Source of the DNA: an uncultured Gemmatimonadales bacterium
Lineage (GTDB): Bacteria > Gemmatimonadota > Gemmatimonadetes > Gemmatimonadales > GWC2-71-9
Length of the DNA stretch: 64,000 nt
Assembly: GCA_963795085.1 (NCBI GenBank)
Contig: CAWCFX010000002.1
Coordinates: forward strand, 160,001 to 224,000
Direction: 5' to 3'
Shown here: piece by piece, positions 19,515 through 30,036 of the stretch
Position numbering within the stretch: the first letter of the stretch is position 1
Layout of the letters: the number at the start of each line of letters is the position of its first letter
The notes under the pieces: generated by a model
What the model was told of the DNA's origin: nothing
Database searches by the model: none
What the model saw: only the letters and a program-made list of their open reading frames with translations
Translations under genes and position numbers: made by a program

Positions 19515-20591
19515 ATGAACCCATTGCCTGACCAGGAATCACCACTGACCAATCTCCTAAGGCGGCCCGCTATCCTTCTCGACTCCCTCGCCCGTTCCCT
19601 CGGCAGCCTGCGGCTCTCGGTGACCGACCGGTGCAACATGCGCTGTGGATACTGCATGCCGGAGGAGTCCTATACCTGGTTGCCCCGCGAGTCGCTGCTA
19701 TCGTACGAGGAGATGGCCCGGCTGGCGGCGTTGTTCGCCCGGGTGGGGGTGGCCAAGGTCCGGGTGACTGGCGGAGAACCGCTACTGCGCCACGACCTGC
19801 ACCGGCTGGTCGGCATGCTGCGGCCGATCCCGGGCATTCGCGACATCGCACTGACCACCAACGGCCTGCTGCTCGGTGCCCAGGCGGCGGGCCTCAGGGC
19901 CGCCGGGCTCGATCGCATCACCCTCAGCCTGGACACCCTGGTGCCGGCCCGGCTGGAACGGTTCGCCCGCTCCACCCGCCACGCCGATATCCTGGCGGGG
20001 CTCGCCGCCGCCGGCCGGGCAGGATTCACCGGTACCAAGATCAACATGGTCGTCATACGCGGGTTCAATGACGACGAGATCATCCCGATGCTGGAGTTCG
20101 CCCGGCCCCGCGGAGCCGAAGTTCGCTTCATCGAGTATATGGACGTAGGCGGCGCCACCCGGTGGTCCCTGGAGAACGTCGTGTCGCAGCGGGAGATCCT
20201 GGAGCAGGTGGCCGCCCGCTATGGATCGGTGACCGCGCTTCCCGGCCGGGCCTCCGCCCCCGCCGAGCGGTTCCAGCTGCCCGATGCCACCACTTTCGGG
20301 ATCATCGCCTCGACCACCCAGCCTTTTTGCCGCGATTGCGACCGGAGCCGGGTTACTGCCGACGGTACCTGGCTCCTCTGCCTCTACGCCGAGAACGGGA
20401 TTGACCTGCGCGAACCGCTGCGAAACGGGGCGGACGACGAGGCGCTGCTGGCGCTGATCCGGGCGGCGTGGACGACCCGGGACGACCGGGGCGCGGAACG
20501 CCGGGCGGAAATGCCCGGGCGGGAACCCCTGTACCAGCTGGAAGGTCTCCGCGCCGATCCTCGCCGGGAGATGCACACCCGGGGCGGTTAG
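19515..20591 (+). CDS. moaA: GTP 3',8-cyclase (radical SAM)
   Basis: LRLSVTDRCNMRCGYCMP, TGGEP, FCRDCDR...LCL, C-terminal GG; start uncertain. Confidence 0.96.
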   Translation: MNPLPDQESPLTNLLRRPAILLDSLARSLGSLRLSVTDRCNMRCGYCMPEESYTWLPRESLLSYEEMARLAALFARVGVAKVRVTGGEPLLRHDLHRLVGMLRPIPGIRDIALTTNGLLLGAQAAGLRAAGLDRITLSLDTLVPARLERFARSTRHADILAGLAAAGRAGFTGTKINMVVIRGFNDDEIIPMLEFARPRGAEVRFIEYMDVGGATRWSLENVVSQREILEQVAARYGSVTALPGRASAPAERFQLPDATTFGIIASTTQPFCRDCDRSRVTADGTWLLCLYAENGIDLREPLRNGADDEALLALIRAAWTTRDDRGAERRAEMPGREPLYQLEGLRADPRREMHTRGG

Positions 20592-20619
20592 TTCCGCACC
20601 CTTTCATCTTTCGCTGCCC

Positions 20620-21087
20620 ATGGCCCTGCACATCGCCCTGCTCGAACCCCGGATCCCGCCCAACACCGGCAACATCGCCCGGCTCTGTGCCGCCACCCAG
20701 TCGTCGCTCCACCTGGTGGAGCCGCTGGGTTTCCGCATCGATGACGCCGAGCTCAAGCGGGCTGGACTGGATTACTGGGAACACGTGGATCTCTGGGTCC
20801 ATCCGCACTGGCGGGCCTTTCGGGATGCCATGTCCCGGGAGCGGTGCCTCTATTTCTCCGCCAATGCCACGGTGCCCTACTGGGCGGCCCCTTACCGGTC
20901 CAACAGCTGCCTGGTGTTCGGGAGCGAGACCCAGGGGATGCCGGACCGGATCCTGGAGAAGTATCCCGGTCGGTGCTTCACGATTCCGATGACGGGGCCG
21001 GTGCGCAGCCTGAACCTGGCCACGGCGGCGGGGATCGTGCTGTACGAGGCCATCCGCCAGTGCGGGAGCAATCCCGGCCCCGGATGA
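20620..21087 (+). CDS. trmL: tRNA (cytidine/uridine-34-2'-O)-methyltransferase
   Basis: PRIPPNTGNIARLC, RAGLDYW, FGSETQG, IPM..VRSLNL. Confidence 0.96.
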   Translation: MALHIALLEPRIPPNTGNIARLCAATQSSLHLVEPLGFRIDDAELKRAGLDYWEHVDLWVHPHWRAFRDAMSRERCLYFSANATVPYWAAPYRSNSCLVFGSETQGMPDRILEKYPGRCFTIPMTGPVRSLNLATAAGIVLYEAIRQCGSNPGPG

Positions 21088-22853
21088 TTTCTCGCGCGAT
21101 CTGGGAAACGGCCCGGGACCGCCTCCGCTCCTCGTGGCGCGGTGCAGCTCTGGTCACGGCGGCGGGCGGAACCGGATTAGGATTTCTGCTTGCCACGCAG
21201 GCCTTTACCCGGGGCGGCGGCCTCCAGCTTCCGCCGGTCGGAGAAGTTGGCCCCATTCTCCAGTGGACGTCATACTACCGGGAAGCCGGCTCGGTCCGGG
21301 GCACGGCGCTGGCTGACCTGCTCTCCTTCCTGGTGATCATCGGATGGTCCATCGTGGCTTGTGCCCTGGTGACCCTCGCCGCCGGAGCGGCTGCCCAGGC
21401 AGTAGTTCGCCGCCAGGACGGGATCTTGCGCCGGGCGGCAGGCGCGACACACCGGGTGCTGCAGTTCTCCCTGCTGGCGGAACTCGGGGTCGTTGCCGCC
21501 CTGGTGGTGGTCGCCGGCCTGCTGGGCGGCACCCTGGCGGGAGCCGCCGGTATCGCGACCTGGCCTGGCGACATCGGAGGCGCAGGTGCTGCCTACCGGC
21601 TCGGCTGGGTCGGGACTCTCCTGCTCGCGACCGCGCTGGCCATCCTGATCTGGCCGCCGCCCCGCCGCCTTGTGCCGGCGGAACCGCCGGACCTTCCCCT
21701 CGTCATTCCCGCCGCGCAACTCGGGCTGGCCTTCGCGGTCATCATGACCGGAATCCGGGTGGCGCAGCTGGCGGATCGCCCGGTCGCGCCGGCCGCGGAG
21801 CGGAACCCGCCCGGCATGGTAATCCCGATCAGGGTGACCGATACCGCCGAGCCCGATCGCGGCCGCCAGTACGAGGCCCTCCTCGAGGCGCTTTCCAGAA
21901 ACCCGCATGTCGAGCTGGCAAGTCTGACGGGAGCAGGCAGCCCGGAAGATCTCGGGCCCGTGGATTATGCGACGAGCGACTGCGGTTTCTGCCGCACCGG
22001 CGGGATATTTCTTCCATTCCACAATTTTCCGGCGGTTCACGAGTTCGTCAGCGCGGATACCTTCCGGGCACGGCGCCAGGAACTGATGGAGGGCCGCTTT
22101 TTCACCATGGAGGACCGGAAGTCTTCGCGACCGGTAGCCATCGTCGGCCGCCACCTGGCACAGCGGCATTTCCAGGGCGGTCACGCGCTGGGGCGGGACC
22201 TCTTCCTGGGCGCGCACTTCCCCGGGCTGCCGTACCAGGTCGTTGGAGTCGTGGAAGACCCTGACCCGGCGGGCATCGGATCGGCCGCGTTTCCCCTGTC
22301 GCGGGTGTACTTGAGCGTTCTGCAGCACCCACCCGCCACCGTGGACCTGCTGGTACAGGGTGACGACACCAGCGCGCAGGAGGAGGCGGTGCGAATCCTG
22401 GGGCCCGCGGCGGCGGGTCCTCCCCAATCCTTGAATGGCCGGGCCTGGCAGGAGGCCCAGCGGGTTGGATGGATCAGCCGGTGTATGGGCGCGGCCGGGG
22501 TAGCGCTCCTCCTCCTGGGAATGGCCGGGACGTTTGCCTCCCTCAGCCTCTGGGTTCGGGGCCACGCCCCCGAGATTGCGCTCCGGCGCGCGGTGGGGGC
22601 GTCCCGGGTTCGCATGCTGCTGTTCGCCCTGAGCGCGGCGGCGCGGGTTGCCCTGGGAGGGGTCGCCATCGGCCTGTTCGCCTACTCCACCGTTGCGCTG
22701 CCAACGGCATCCCGGTTCGTGGCCGGACTGGCCGGATGGAGTTGGCCGCTGGCCGGGGGTCTCGCGCTGCTTCTGGGCCTGGTGGCACTCGTCGCAGTCA
22801 CCACTCCCATGTCTCGCATACTCCGAACTCCGCCCTCCCGCCTCCTGCGCTGA
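21084..22853 (+). CDS. MacB/FtsX-like ABC transporter permease
   Basis: Two FtsX-type motifs (GILRRAAGA, EIALRRAVGASR), periplasmic GRFF...VAIVG..LA..HF...QVVGVVED; ATGA-coupled to trmL. Confidence 0.8.
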   Translation: MISRAIWETARDRLRSSWRGAALVTAAGGTGLGFLLATQAFTRGGGLQLPPVGEVGPILQWTSYYREAGSVRGTALADLLSFLVIIGWSIVACALVTLAAGAAAQAVVRRQDGILRRAAGATHRVLQFSLLAELGVVAALVVVAGLLGGTLAGAAGIATWPGDIGGAGAAYRLGWVGTLLLATALAILIWPPPRRLVPAEPPDLPLVIPAAQLGLAFAVIMTGIRVAQLADRPVAPAAERNPPGMVIPIRVTDTAEPDRGRQYEALLEALSRNPHVELASLTGAGSPEDLGPVDYATSDCGFCRTGGIFLPFHNFPAVHEFVSADTFRARRQELMEGRFFTMEDRKSSRPVAIVGRHLAQRHFQGGHALGRDLFLGAHFPGLPYQVVGVVEDPDPAGIGSAAFPLSRVYLSVLQHPPATVDLLVQGDDTSAQEEAVRILGPAAAGPPQSLNGRAWQEAQRVGWISRCMGAAGVALLLLGMAGTFASLSLWVRGHAPEIALRRAVGASRVRMLLFALSAAARVALGGVAIGLFAYSTVALPTASRFVAGLAGWSWPLAGGLALLLGLVALVAVTTPMSRILRTPPSRLLR

Positions 22854-22940
22854 GATCCTGGTTCCGCCGGGACGTGCCTTTCATCACCGCGAGGGTCACC
22901 CGCCGGGGTGACCTTCGTTCCACCACCCACGAGGTCGCCC

Positions 22941-24224
22941 ATGGCACAGGGACGGTCAAAAATGTTCTGGATATTGCTCGGCGCCGCCGCCGCCGTCGTT
23001 CTCACCATCATCGTTCTGAATCTTTCCGCGGGGGAGACTCGGAAGCCGCTGGAGATCAGTCACGAGTACGGGGTGGCCGACCCTCAGTTCCCCCGCTACA
23101 TGGGCAGCTTCCTGGGCCCCGCCATTCTCGAGGGCAACACGGTCACCACGCTCCGGAACGGGGACGAGATCTTCCCCGCCATGCTCGCCGCCATCCGCTC
23201 GGCGACCCGGTCCGTCACCTTCGAGACCTACATCTACTGGTCGGGAGAGATCGGCCGGGAGTTTGCCGGGGCGCTGGCGGAGCGGGCGCGAGCCGGGGTC
23301 CGGGTACATGTCCTGCTGGATTGGGCGGGGGCCGCCAAAATGGATGACCAATCCCTGTCCATGATGAGGGACGCCGGGGTGGAAGTCGAGAAGTACCACC
23401 CCCTCCGCTGGTATAACCTCTCCCGGATGAACAACCGCACCCACCGGAAGCTGCTGGTCGTGGACGGTAAGGTCGGATTCACGGGCGGCGTGGGGGTGGC
23501 GGATGTCTGGGCGGGGCATGCCCAGGACTCGGCCCACTGGCGGGATACCCATTTCCGGCTGGAAGGCCCGGCCGTGAACCAGATGCAGGCCGCCTTTATC
23601 GATAACTGGATCAAGACCCGGGCGCAGGCGCTCCACGGGGACGACTATTTCCCGCCGCTGGACTCCGCCGGGCCCGCCCGGGCGCAGGTCTTCAAGAGTT
23701 CGGCCGGAGACGGCAGCGAGAACACCCAGCTGATGTACCTGGCGTCGATCGCGGCAGCGGAACGGTCGATCCTGCTGTCCAGTTCCTACTTCGTCCCCGA
23801 CAGCCTGTCCATCGCCAAGCTGGCGGAAGCGAGCCGGCGAGGGGTACGGGTCGAAATCATCGTTCCCGGGCGCCACATCGATTCCAAGATCGTCCGGAAG
23901 GCTTCCCGGGGGCTCTGGGGCCCGCTCCTCGAGGCAGGGGTCCGGATCTTCGAGTATCAGCCGACGATGTTCCACGTCAAAGTGATGGTGGTGGACGGAC
24001 TCTGGTCCTCCGTGGGGTCCACCAACTTCGACGAGCGATCGTTCCGGCTCAACGACGAGGCGAATCTCAACGTCCTGGACGGCGATTTCGCCCGGGTGCA
24101 GGAGGGCGTGTTCGAGGAGGACAAAGCGCAGTCCCGCGAGGTCACCCTGGAGATGTGGCGAAACCGGCCCCGGAGCGAGCGGATCAAGGAATGGCTCGCC
24201 GGCCTGTTCCGCAGCCAGCTCTGA
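22941..24224 (+). CDS. cls: Cardiolipin synthase (phospholipase D family)
   Basis: Two HKD motifs: HRKLLVVD and HVKVMVVD...GSTNFDERSF.LN.E; N-terminal TM. Confidence 0.9.
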   Translation: MAQGRSKMFWILLGAAAAVVLTIIVLNLSAGETRKPLEISHEYGVADPQFPRYMGSFLGPAILEGNTVTTLRNGDEIFPAMLAAIRSATRSVTFETYIYWSGEIGREFAGALAERARAGVRVHVLLDWAGAAKMDDQSLSMMRDAGVEVEKYHPLRWYNLSRMNNRTHRKLLVVDGKVGFTGGVGVADVWAGHAQDSAHWRDTHFRLEGPAVNQMQAAFIDNWIKTRAQALHGDDYFPPLDSAGPARAQVFKSSAGDGSENTQLMYLASIAAAERSILLSSSYFVPDSLSIAKLAEASRRGVRVEIIVPGRHIDSKIVRKASRGLWGPLLEAGVRIFEYQPTMFHVKVMVVDGLWSSVGSTNFDERSFRLNDEANLNVLDGDFARVQEGVFEEDKAQSREVTLEMWRNRPRSERIKEWLAGLFRSQL

Positions 24225-24332
24225 CCGCGGCGGTGGCCGGACCACTCCACTGCGTTTAGGTTTCACGCCGCCGGATGCCCCCATTCGGCGGCGTTGCCCT
24301 GCTCCTTCCAACCCGAATCAGCGAGCGAACGG

Positions 24333-25262
24333 ATGCTTTCGAAGATCACCGTAGTGGGAGCCGGCAACGTAGGCGCCACGGCGGCCCAGCGGCTGGCCGA
24401 GAAGAACCTGGCCCGCACCGTGGTCATGGTGGACGTGGTCGAGGGGATTCCCCAGGGCAAGGCCCTGGACCAGTGGCAGTCGGCCCCGGTGGAAGGCTTC
24501 GACACCCGGGTGGTCGGCTCCAATGGCTACGACGCGGCCGCGGGCTCCGAGATCTTCGTGGTGACCGCCGGGATCGCCCGGAAGCCGGGGATGAGCCGGG
24601 ACGACCTGGTCAAGACCAACGCCGGAATCGTCTCCTCCGTCTCGGCCGAGATCAAGCGGGTGGCTCCCCACAGCATCATCGTGATGGTGTCCAACCCGCT
24701 CGACGCCATGTGCTACGTGGCCATGAAGGGCACCGGGTTCCCCCGGGAGCGGGTCATCGGGATGGCCGGGGTTCTCGATACCGCCCGCTATCGCGCCTTC
24801 CTGGCGGAGGCGCTCAATGTGTCCGTGCAGGACATCCAGGCAATGGTGCTGGGCGGCCACGGCGATACCATGGTCCCGCTGATCTCCTACACTACGGTCT
24901 CCGGCATTCCCATCGACCAGCTGATGGCAAAGGACGCGCTGGACGCCATCGTCCAGCGCACCCGGAACGGCGGAGCCGAGATCGTCTCCTTCCTCAAGAC
25001 CGGGTCGGCCTACTACGCGCCCAGCGCCTCGGCCGTTCAGATGGTGGAAGCGATCGCGCTGGACAAGAAGCGCATCCTGCCCTGTTCCGCCTGGCTCACC
25101 GGTGAATACGGCCTGCGGGATGTTTTCTGTGGGGTACCCTGCAGACTGGGGCGCGCCGGCCTGGAGGAGATCGTCCCCATCACCCTGAGCGACGCCGAAC
25201 GGGCGGAACTCCACAAGTCGGCGGAGAACGTGCGCGATACCATGAAGGCCACGGGGGTATAA
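24333..25262 (+). CDS. mdh: Malate dehydrogenase (LDH-like)
   Basis: [38 protein letters not shown]. Confidence 0.98.
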   Translation: MLSKITVVGAGNVGATAAQRLAEKNLARTVVMVDVVEGIPQGKALDQWQSAPVEGFDTRVVGSNGYDAAAGSEIFVVTAGIARKPGMSRDDLVKTNAGIVSSVSAEIKRVAPHSIIVMVSNPLDAMCYVAMKGTGFPRERVIGMAGVLDTARYRAFLAEALNVSVQDIQAMVLGGHGDTMVPLISYTTVSGIPIDQLMAKDALDAIVQRTRNGGAEIVSFLKTGSAYYAPSASAVQMVEAIALDKKRILPCSAWLTGEYGLRDVFCGVPCRLGRAGLEEIVPITLSDAERAELHKSAENVRDTMKATGV

Positions 25263-25300
25263 CCGACCGTGCAGCGGGCAGCGTGCCGGAGGACCACGCG

Positions 25301-25984
25301 ATGGGCGATCGCCAGATGACGAGCGGCCTCCTTGTGTTCTACCGGTCCTCGGTAGGAAAGAAAGTCATCATGGGGGTGACCGGCCTGGTCCTGGTCGGGT
25401 TCGTCGTTTCCCATGTGGTGTCCAATCTGCTCATCTTCTCGGGACCGGAAGGCCTGGACGGGTATGCCGCCTTCCTCCGGAGCACCGGCAAGCTGCTCTG
25501 GGTGGCCCGGGGCGGACTCATCCTCGCTGCCATTCTCCACATCGATGCCGCCGTCCAGCTGACCCGCCGGGCCCGGGCCGGCCGCCCGGCCGGGTACCGG
25601 AAGCGGGTTCCCCAGGCCTCGACGTGGGGCGCCCGCAGCATGCGCTGGGGCGGGGTGCTCCTGCTGCTGTTCATCGTCATCCACCTGCTCCACTTCACCT
25701 TCGGCACCCTGCACCCGACCTTCCCGCGGTTCAGTCACACAACGGTGTATGCCAATGTGGTCGCCGGCTTTTCCTCGGTGTGGTGGGTGGTAGGGTACGA
25801 GGTTGCCATGGTGGCGCTCGGCTTCCATTTGTACCACGGTGTTGCCGCGATGGCCATGAGCCTCGGTGCCAGTCATCCGCGCTATACTCCGCTGTGGCGG
25901 AAGGTCGCCGCGGGGCTCGCGGTCCTGGTCGCCGCCGGTTTCATGGTAATCCCCCTGGCCGTCTATGCCAGATGGATCACCTGA
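25301..25984 (+). CDS. sdhC: Succinate dehydrogenase cytochrome b subunit
   Basis: [13 protein letters not shown], five TM segments, His ligands (SH, LH, IHL, FHLYHG); start 25301 or 25316. Confidence 0.93.
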   Translation: MGDRQMTSGLLVFYRSSVGKKVIMGVTGLVLVGFVVSHVVSNLLIFSGPEGLDGYAAFLRSTGKLLWVARGGLILAAILHIDAAVQLTRRARAGRPAGYRKRVPQASTWGARSMRWGGVLLLLFIVIHLLHFTFGTLHPTFPRFSHTTVYANVVAGFSSVWWVVGYEVAMVALGFHLYHGVAAMAMSLGASHPRYTPLWRKVAAGLAVLVAAGFMVIPLAVYARWIT

Positions 25985-25993
25985 CGCGGCGCG

Positions 25994-26021
25994 TTACTTC
26001 TTACTTCTCACTTCTCACTCA
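25994..26021. repeat. Heptamer tandem repeat (TYACTTC x4, imperfect)
   Basis: TTACTTC TTACTTC TCACTTC TCACTCA between sdhC and sdhA. Confidence 0.75.
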
Positions 26022-26024
26022 TCC

Positions 26025-27938
26025 ATGATCCTGGACGCACGCACACCCCCCGGGCCGCTGGAGCAGAAGTGGAGCCGTCATCGGTTCGACCTCAAGCTGG
26101 TCAACCCGGCCAACAAACGGAAATACCGGATCCTGGTCGTGGGCAGCGGCCTGGCCGGCGGCGCCGCGTCCGCCACGCTGGGCGAGCTGGGATACCAGGT
26201 GAGCTGTTTCTGCTTTCAGGATTCTCCGCGGCGGGCGCACAGCATTGCCGCTCAGGGGGGCATCAACGCCGCCAAGAACTACCAGAATGACGGCGACAGC
26301 GTGTTCCGGCTCTTCTACGATACCATCAAGGGGGGGGACTTCCGTTCCCGGGAAGCGAACGTGTACCGCCTGGCCGAGGTCAGCGTCAACATTATTGACC
26401 AGTGCGTGGCCCAGGGCGTGCCGTTCGCGCGGGAGTATGGCGGCATGCTGTCCAACCGGTCCTTCGGCGGCGCCCAGGTGTCGCGGACGTTCTATGCCCG
26501 GGGGCAGACCGGCCAGCAGCTGCTGCTGGGCGCCTACCAGGCGCTGGAGCGGCAGATCCGCGCCGGCAGCGTCCAGATGTTTCCCCGCTCCGAAATGCTG
26601 GACCTGGTCGTCATTGATGGCAAGGCGCGGGGCATCATCGTCCGCAACCTGGTGAGCGGGGCGGTGGAGACCCACCTGGGCGATGCGGTGGTGCTGGGCA
26701 CCGGCGGCTACGGCAACGTCTTCTACCTCTCGACCAACGCCAAGGGGAGCAACGCTACCGCCATCTGGCGGGCTCACAAGCGGGGCGCGGCGTTTGCCAA
26801 TCCCTGTTTTACCCAGATACACCCGACCTGCATCCCGGTGACCGGGGACCACCAGTCCAAGCTCACCCTGATGAGCGAATCGCTGCGAAATGACGGGCGG
26901 GTCTGGGTGCCCCGCACGCCGGGGGACAAGCGACCGCCCAGCCAGATCCCCGAGGGCGACCGGGACTACTATCTGGAGCGGAAGTACCCCAGCTTCGGCA
27001 ACCTGGCCCCCCGCGACATTGCCTCTCGGGGCGCCAAGGAAGCCTGCGATGCCGGCCTCGGCGTCGGCGAGGGTGGTCTCGGCGTGTACCTCGATTTCGC
27101 CGATGCCATCGGCCGCCAGGGGCGGGAAGTGATCGAAGAGCGCTATGGCAATCTCTTCGAAATGTACCAGCGGATCACCGCCGAGAATCCCTACCAGGTC
27201 CCCATGCGGATCTACCCCGCCGTCCACTACACCATGGGCGGGCTCTGGGTGGACTACAACCTGATGGGGACCATCCCCGGTCTCTTCGTCATCGGCGAGG
27301 CCAACTTCTCCGATCACGGCGCCAACCGCCTCGGGGCCAGCGCCCTGATGCAGGGACTGGCCGATGGCTACTTCGTGCTTCCCACCACCATCGGCGATTA
27401 CCTGGCGACGGCCCGTCCCGGGCCGGTGACCGCGGACGCACCGGAGGCCACCGCCGCGCTGACCGCGGTGCAGAACCGGACTGCCCGGCTGTTGTCCATT
27501 CGGGGGAAACGAACCGTCGATTCGATCCATCGGGAACTGGGAAAGGTCATGTGGGATTACTGCGGTATGGCCCGGAACGCCGCCGGGCTCACCACGGCAC
27601 TCCAGCGGATCCCGGCGATCCGGGAGGAGTTCTGGCGCAACGTCACCGTGCTGGGCAAGGGCGAAGAGCTGAACCAGTCCCTGGAAAAGGCCGGCCGGGT
27701 GGCCGACTTCCTGGAACTGGCCGAGCTGATGTGCATGGATGCCCTCCACCGGGAGGAATCCTGCGGCGGCCATTTCCGGGAGGAGTACCAGACTCCGGAC
27801 GGCGAGGCCCTGCGGAACGATGAGCGGTTCGCCTACGTCGCTGCCTGGGAACACTCCGGCGACGCCAGGCCGCCGGTCCTGGTCAAGGAACCGCTGACCT
27901 TCGAGCGGGTGCAGCTTTCGCAGCGAAGCTACAAATAG
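26025..27938 (+). CDS. sdhA: Succinate dehydrogenase/fumarate reductase flavoprotein
   Basis: [44 protein letters not shown]. Confidence 0.98.
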   Translation: MILDARTPPGPLEQKWSRHRFDLKLVNPANKRKYRILVVGSGLAGGAASATLGELGYQVSCFCFQDSPRRAHSIAAQGGINAAKNYQNDGDSVFRLFYDTIKGGDFRSREANVYRLAEVSVNIIDQCVAQGVPFAREYGGMLSNRSFGGAQVSRTFYARGQTGQQLLLGAYQALERQIRAGSVQMFPRSEMLDLVVIDGKARGIIVRNLVSGAVETHLGDAVVLGTGGYGNVFYLSTNAKGSNATAIWRAHKRGAAFANPCFTQIHPTCIPVTGDHQSKLTLMSESLRNDGRVWVPRTPGDKRPPSQIPEGDRDYYLERKYPSFGNLAPRDIASRGAKEACDAGLGVGEGGLGVYLDFADAIGRQGREVIEERYGNLFEMYQRITAENPYQVPMRIYPAVHYTMGGLWVDYNLMGTIPGLFVIGEANFSDHGANRLGASALMQGLADGYFVLPTTIGDYLATARPGPVTADAPEATAALTAVQNRTARLLSIRGKRTVDSIHRELGKVMWDYCGMARNAAGLTTALQRIPAIREEFWRNVTVLGKGEELNQSLEKAGRVADFLELAELMCMDALHREESCGGHFREEYQTPDGEALRNDERFAYVAAWEHSGDARPPVLVKEPLTFERVQLSQRSYK

Positions 27939-27972
27939 AGTGCCGAGTGCCGAGTGCAGAGTGCAGAGAGGA
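27938..27972. repeat. Heptamer tandem repeat (GAGTGCM x4-5)
   Basis: GAGTGCC GAGTGCC GAGTGCA GAGTGCA GAGAGGA between sdhA and sdhB. Confidence 0.8.
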
Positions 27973-27977
27973 ACGCA

Positions 27978-28724
27978 ATGAATCTTACGCTCCAGGTCTG
28001 GCGCCAGCCGAACCCGCAGTCGCCCGGCCGCATGGTCACCTATCAGGCGGCCGGGATCAGTCCGGACATATCCTTTCTCGAGATGCTTGATGCCGTCAAC
28101 GAAGGCCTGATCGCGAAGGGTGAAGCGCCGATCGCCTTCGACCACGACTGCCGGGAAGGGATCTGCGGGTCCTGCGGCATGATGATCAACGGGGTGGCCC
28201 ACGGGCCCAACCGCGGCACCGCGACCTGCCAGCTCCATATGCGGAGCTTCGCGGATGGCGACACCATTTGCATCGAGCCCTGGCGGGCCCTCGCCTTTCC
28301 TGTCATCCGGGATCTGGTGGTGGACCGGAGCCCGCTCGACCGGATCATTCAGGCGGGAGGGTTCATTTCCGCCGATACCGGCGGGGCCCAGGATGCCAAC
28401 GCGATGCTGATCCCCAAGGAGAACGTGGATCTCGCCATGGACGCGGCCCAGTGCATCGGCTGCGGCGCGTGCGTGGCGGCCTGTCCCAATGCCTCGGCGA
28501 TGCTGTTCACCGGGGCCAAGGTGACCCATCTGGGCCTGTTGCCCCAGGGCCAGCCCGAGCGCCGGGAACGGGCCCTCCAGATGGTCTCCCAGATGGACAT
28601 CGAGGGGTTCGGCGGCTGCACCTGGTTCGGCGAGTGCGAGGCCGCCTGTCCCAAGGAGATCAAAATTGAAGTAATCGCGCGGATGTATCGGGACTACCTG
28701 GTGGCCAGCCTGGCATCCCGCTGA
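27978..28724 (+). CDS. sdhB: Succinate dehydrogenase iron-sulfur subunit
   Basis: [33 protein letters not shown]. Confidence 0.98.
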   Translation: MNLTLQVWRQPNPQSPGRMVTYQAAGISPDISFLEMLDAVNEGLIAKGEAPIAFDHDCREGICGSCGMMINGVAHGPNRGTATCQLHMRSFADGDTICIEPWRALAFPVIRDLVVDRSPLDRIIQAGGFISADTGGAQDANAMLIPKENVDLAMDAAQCIGCGACVAACPNASAMLFTGAKVTHLGLLPQGQPERRERALQMVSQMDIEGFGGCTWFGECEAACPKEIKIEVIARMYRDYLVASLASR

Positions 28725-28815
28725 CCGCCCCTGTCCATCCGGCCCGCCTTCGCTCGTCACCTAGGACACTCATGGCCGGAGCCCGAACCTGCGTCTGACT
28801 GCCGCCGTTCTGTTC

Positions 28816-30036
28816 GTGGGAGCTACCTCGATTGTACCTGCACGGCTGGCCGCCCAGCATGGGGACTATGGCATTCACCTTGCCGCCCAGGCCGTCTTGG
28901 TCGCGACCCGCGTTGACCCGGTTCCGGGAGGTACCCGCCTGGAGGAAACCCGGGTGGTCCAGCCCGTGGTCATGCTGCGGGCCCATGTACTGGGCGGCCG
29001 GATTCAATTGAGCGGCGTGGTAAACCTGGAGGGATGGACCATCCCCGAGGGAGAACTCACGCCGGGCGCCTTTGGAGAGGGATACGTCGACCGCCGCCAC
29101 CCGCACACCTACTTCCACGAACTGATGGTATCGGGGACCGACCTCCTGGGTCGGCTGGACGGGAGACTTCGTCTCTCCCTGAGCGCCGGGAAGGGCTTTG
29201 CCACCTTCGGTACCGACGACCCCATGAGCCGGCCGCCGGTCCGCTACCCGGTCAACCACCACTTCAGCCAGATCCTGGAGCGGGCGGTAGGCGCGGCCGG
29301 TGCGGCCTACGGCCCTCTGATGCTCGAAGCCTCGCTGTTCAACGGGGACGAGCCGGAGCACCCCGATCAGTGGCCGCTTCTCGACCGGTTCGGCGATTCC
29401 TGGGCGGCCCGGCTGACCGTGTTCCCCCTGCGCGGGTTGGAGGTGCAGGGCTCGCGCGCCACCGTGTTCTCGCCGGAGCATCGGCCCGGGGCCGGACTCG
29501 AAGTCAGCAAACGCAGTGTCTCGGTGCGCTATGCAGAGGCGGTTGCCGGCCTCCCGGTGTACGTGCTGGCCGAATGGTCCGAGTCCTCGGAGGCGGACCG
29601 GTTCTTCGTGTTTGATTCCTACCTGGTTGAGCTGCAACTGAGCCCGGGCCGGCACCGGGCCTATGCCCGCGCCGAGCGGACCGAACGCCCCGAGGAATTC
29701 CGGACCCTGAGCCGGTTTCGCACGGTGCGCCCCCACATGGAGAATACCCTCATCGGGATCACCAGCTGGAACCTGCAGACCATCGGCTACGGACTGGCCG
29801 CCGGCCCGCTGTGGGGAGGGCTCACCATTGAACCGTTCGGCGAGATCACCCATGCCACGGTGTCCAGGGTAGGGCGGGGGCTGTTTCGCCCCGCGCAGCA
29901 CTACGGCGAGACCACCATCTGGGCGCTTTCTGCGGGGATCCGCATCGACTGGCGCATGCGGGGTCACCGCATGGGCCGGTACGGGGTGGCCGCTCCCCCC
30001 CTCACGCTCTCCCATCACCTGGATCAACCCATATGA
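28816..30036 (+). CDS. Exported hypothetical protein, possible outer-membrane beta-barrel with His-rich motifs
   Basis: Signal-like LRLTAAVLFVGATSIVPARLAAQ (true start may be CTG 28789); DRRHPHTYFHEL, VNHHF; alternating beta-strand pattern ending ...LSAGIRIDW. Confidence 0.6.
   Translation: MGATSIVPARLAAQHGDYGIHLAAQAVLVATRVDPVPGGTRLEETRVVQPVVMLRAHVLGGRIQLSGVVNLEGWTIPEGELTPGAFGEGYVDRRHPHTYFHELMVSGTDLLGRLDGRLRLSLSAGKGFATFGTDDPMSRPPVRYPVNHHFSQILERAVGAAGAAYGPLMLEASLFNGDEPEHPDQWPLLDRFGDSWAARLTVFPLRGLEVQGSRATVFSPEHRPGAGLEVSKRSVSVRYAEAVAGLPVYVLAEWSESSEADRFFVFDSYLVELQLSPGRHRAYARAERTERPEEFRTLSRFRTVRPHMENTLIGITSWNLQTIGYGLAAGPLWGGLTIEPFGEITHATVSRVGRGLFRPAQHYGETTIWALSAGIRIDWRMRGHRMGRYGVAAPPLTLSHHLDQPI

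Noticed and set aside
19515..20591. Radical SAM enzyme as a RiPP maturase
   Set aside because: Clear MoaA motifs with C-terminal GG, in a moaD-moaE-moaA cluster.
26019..28760. Very long antisense ORFs (913 aa here; also 39504-42173, 55803-57872, 60797-62845)
   Set aside because: Shadow frames of well-supported genes on the opposite strand, expected at high GC; no recognisable motifs.
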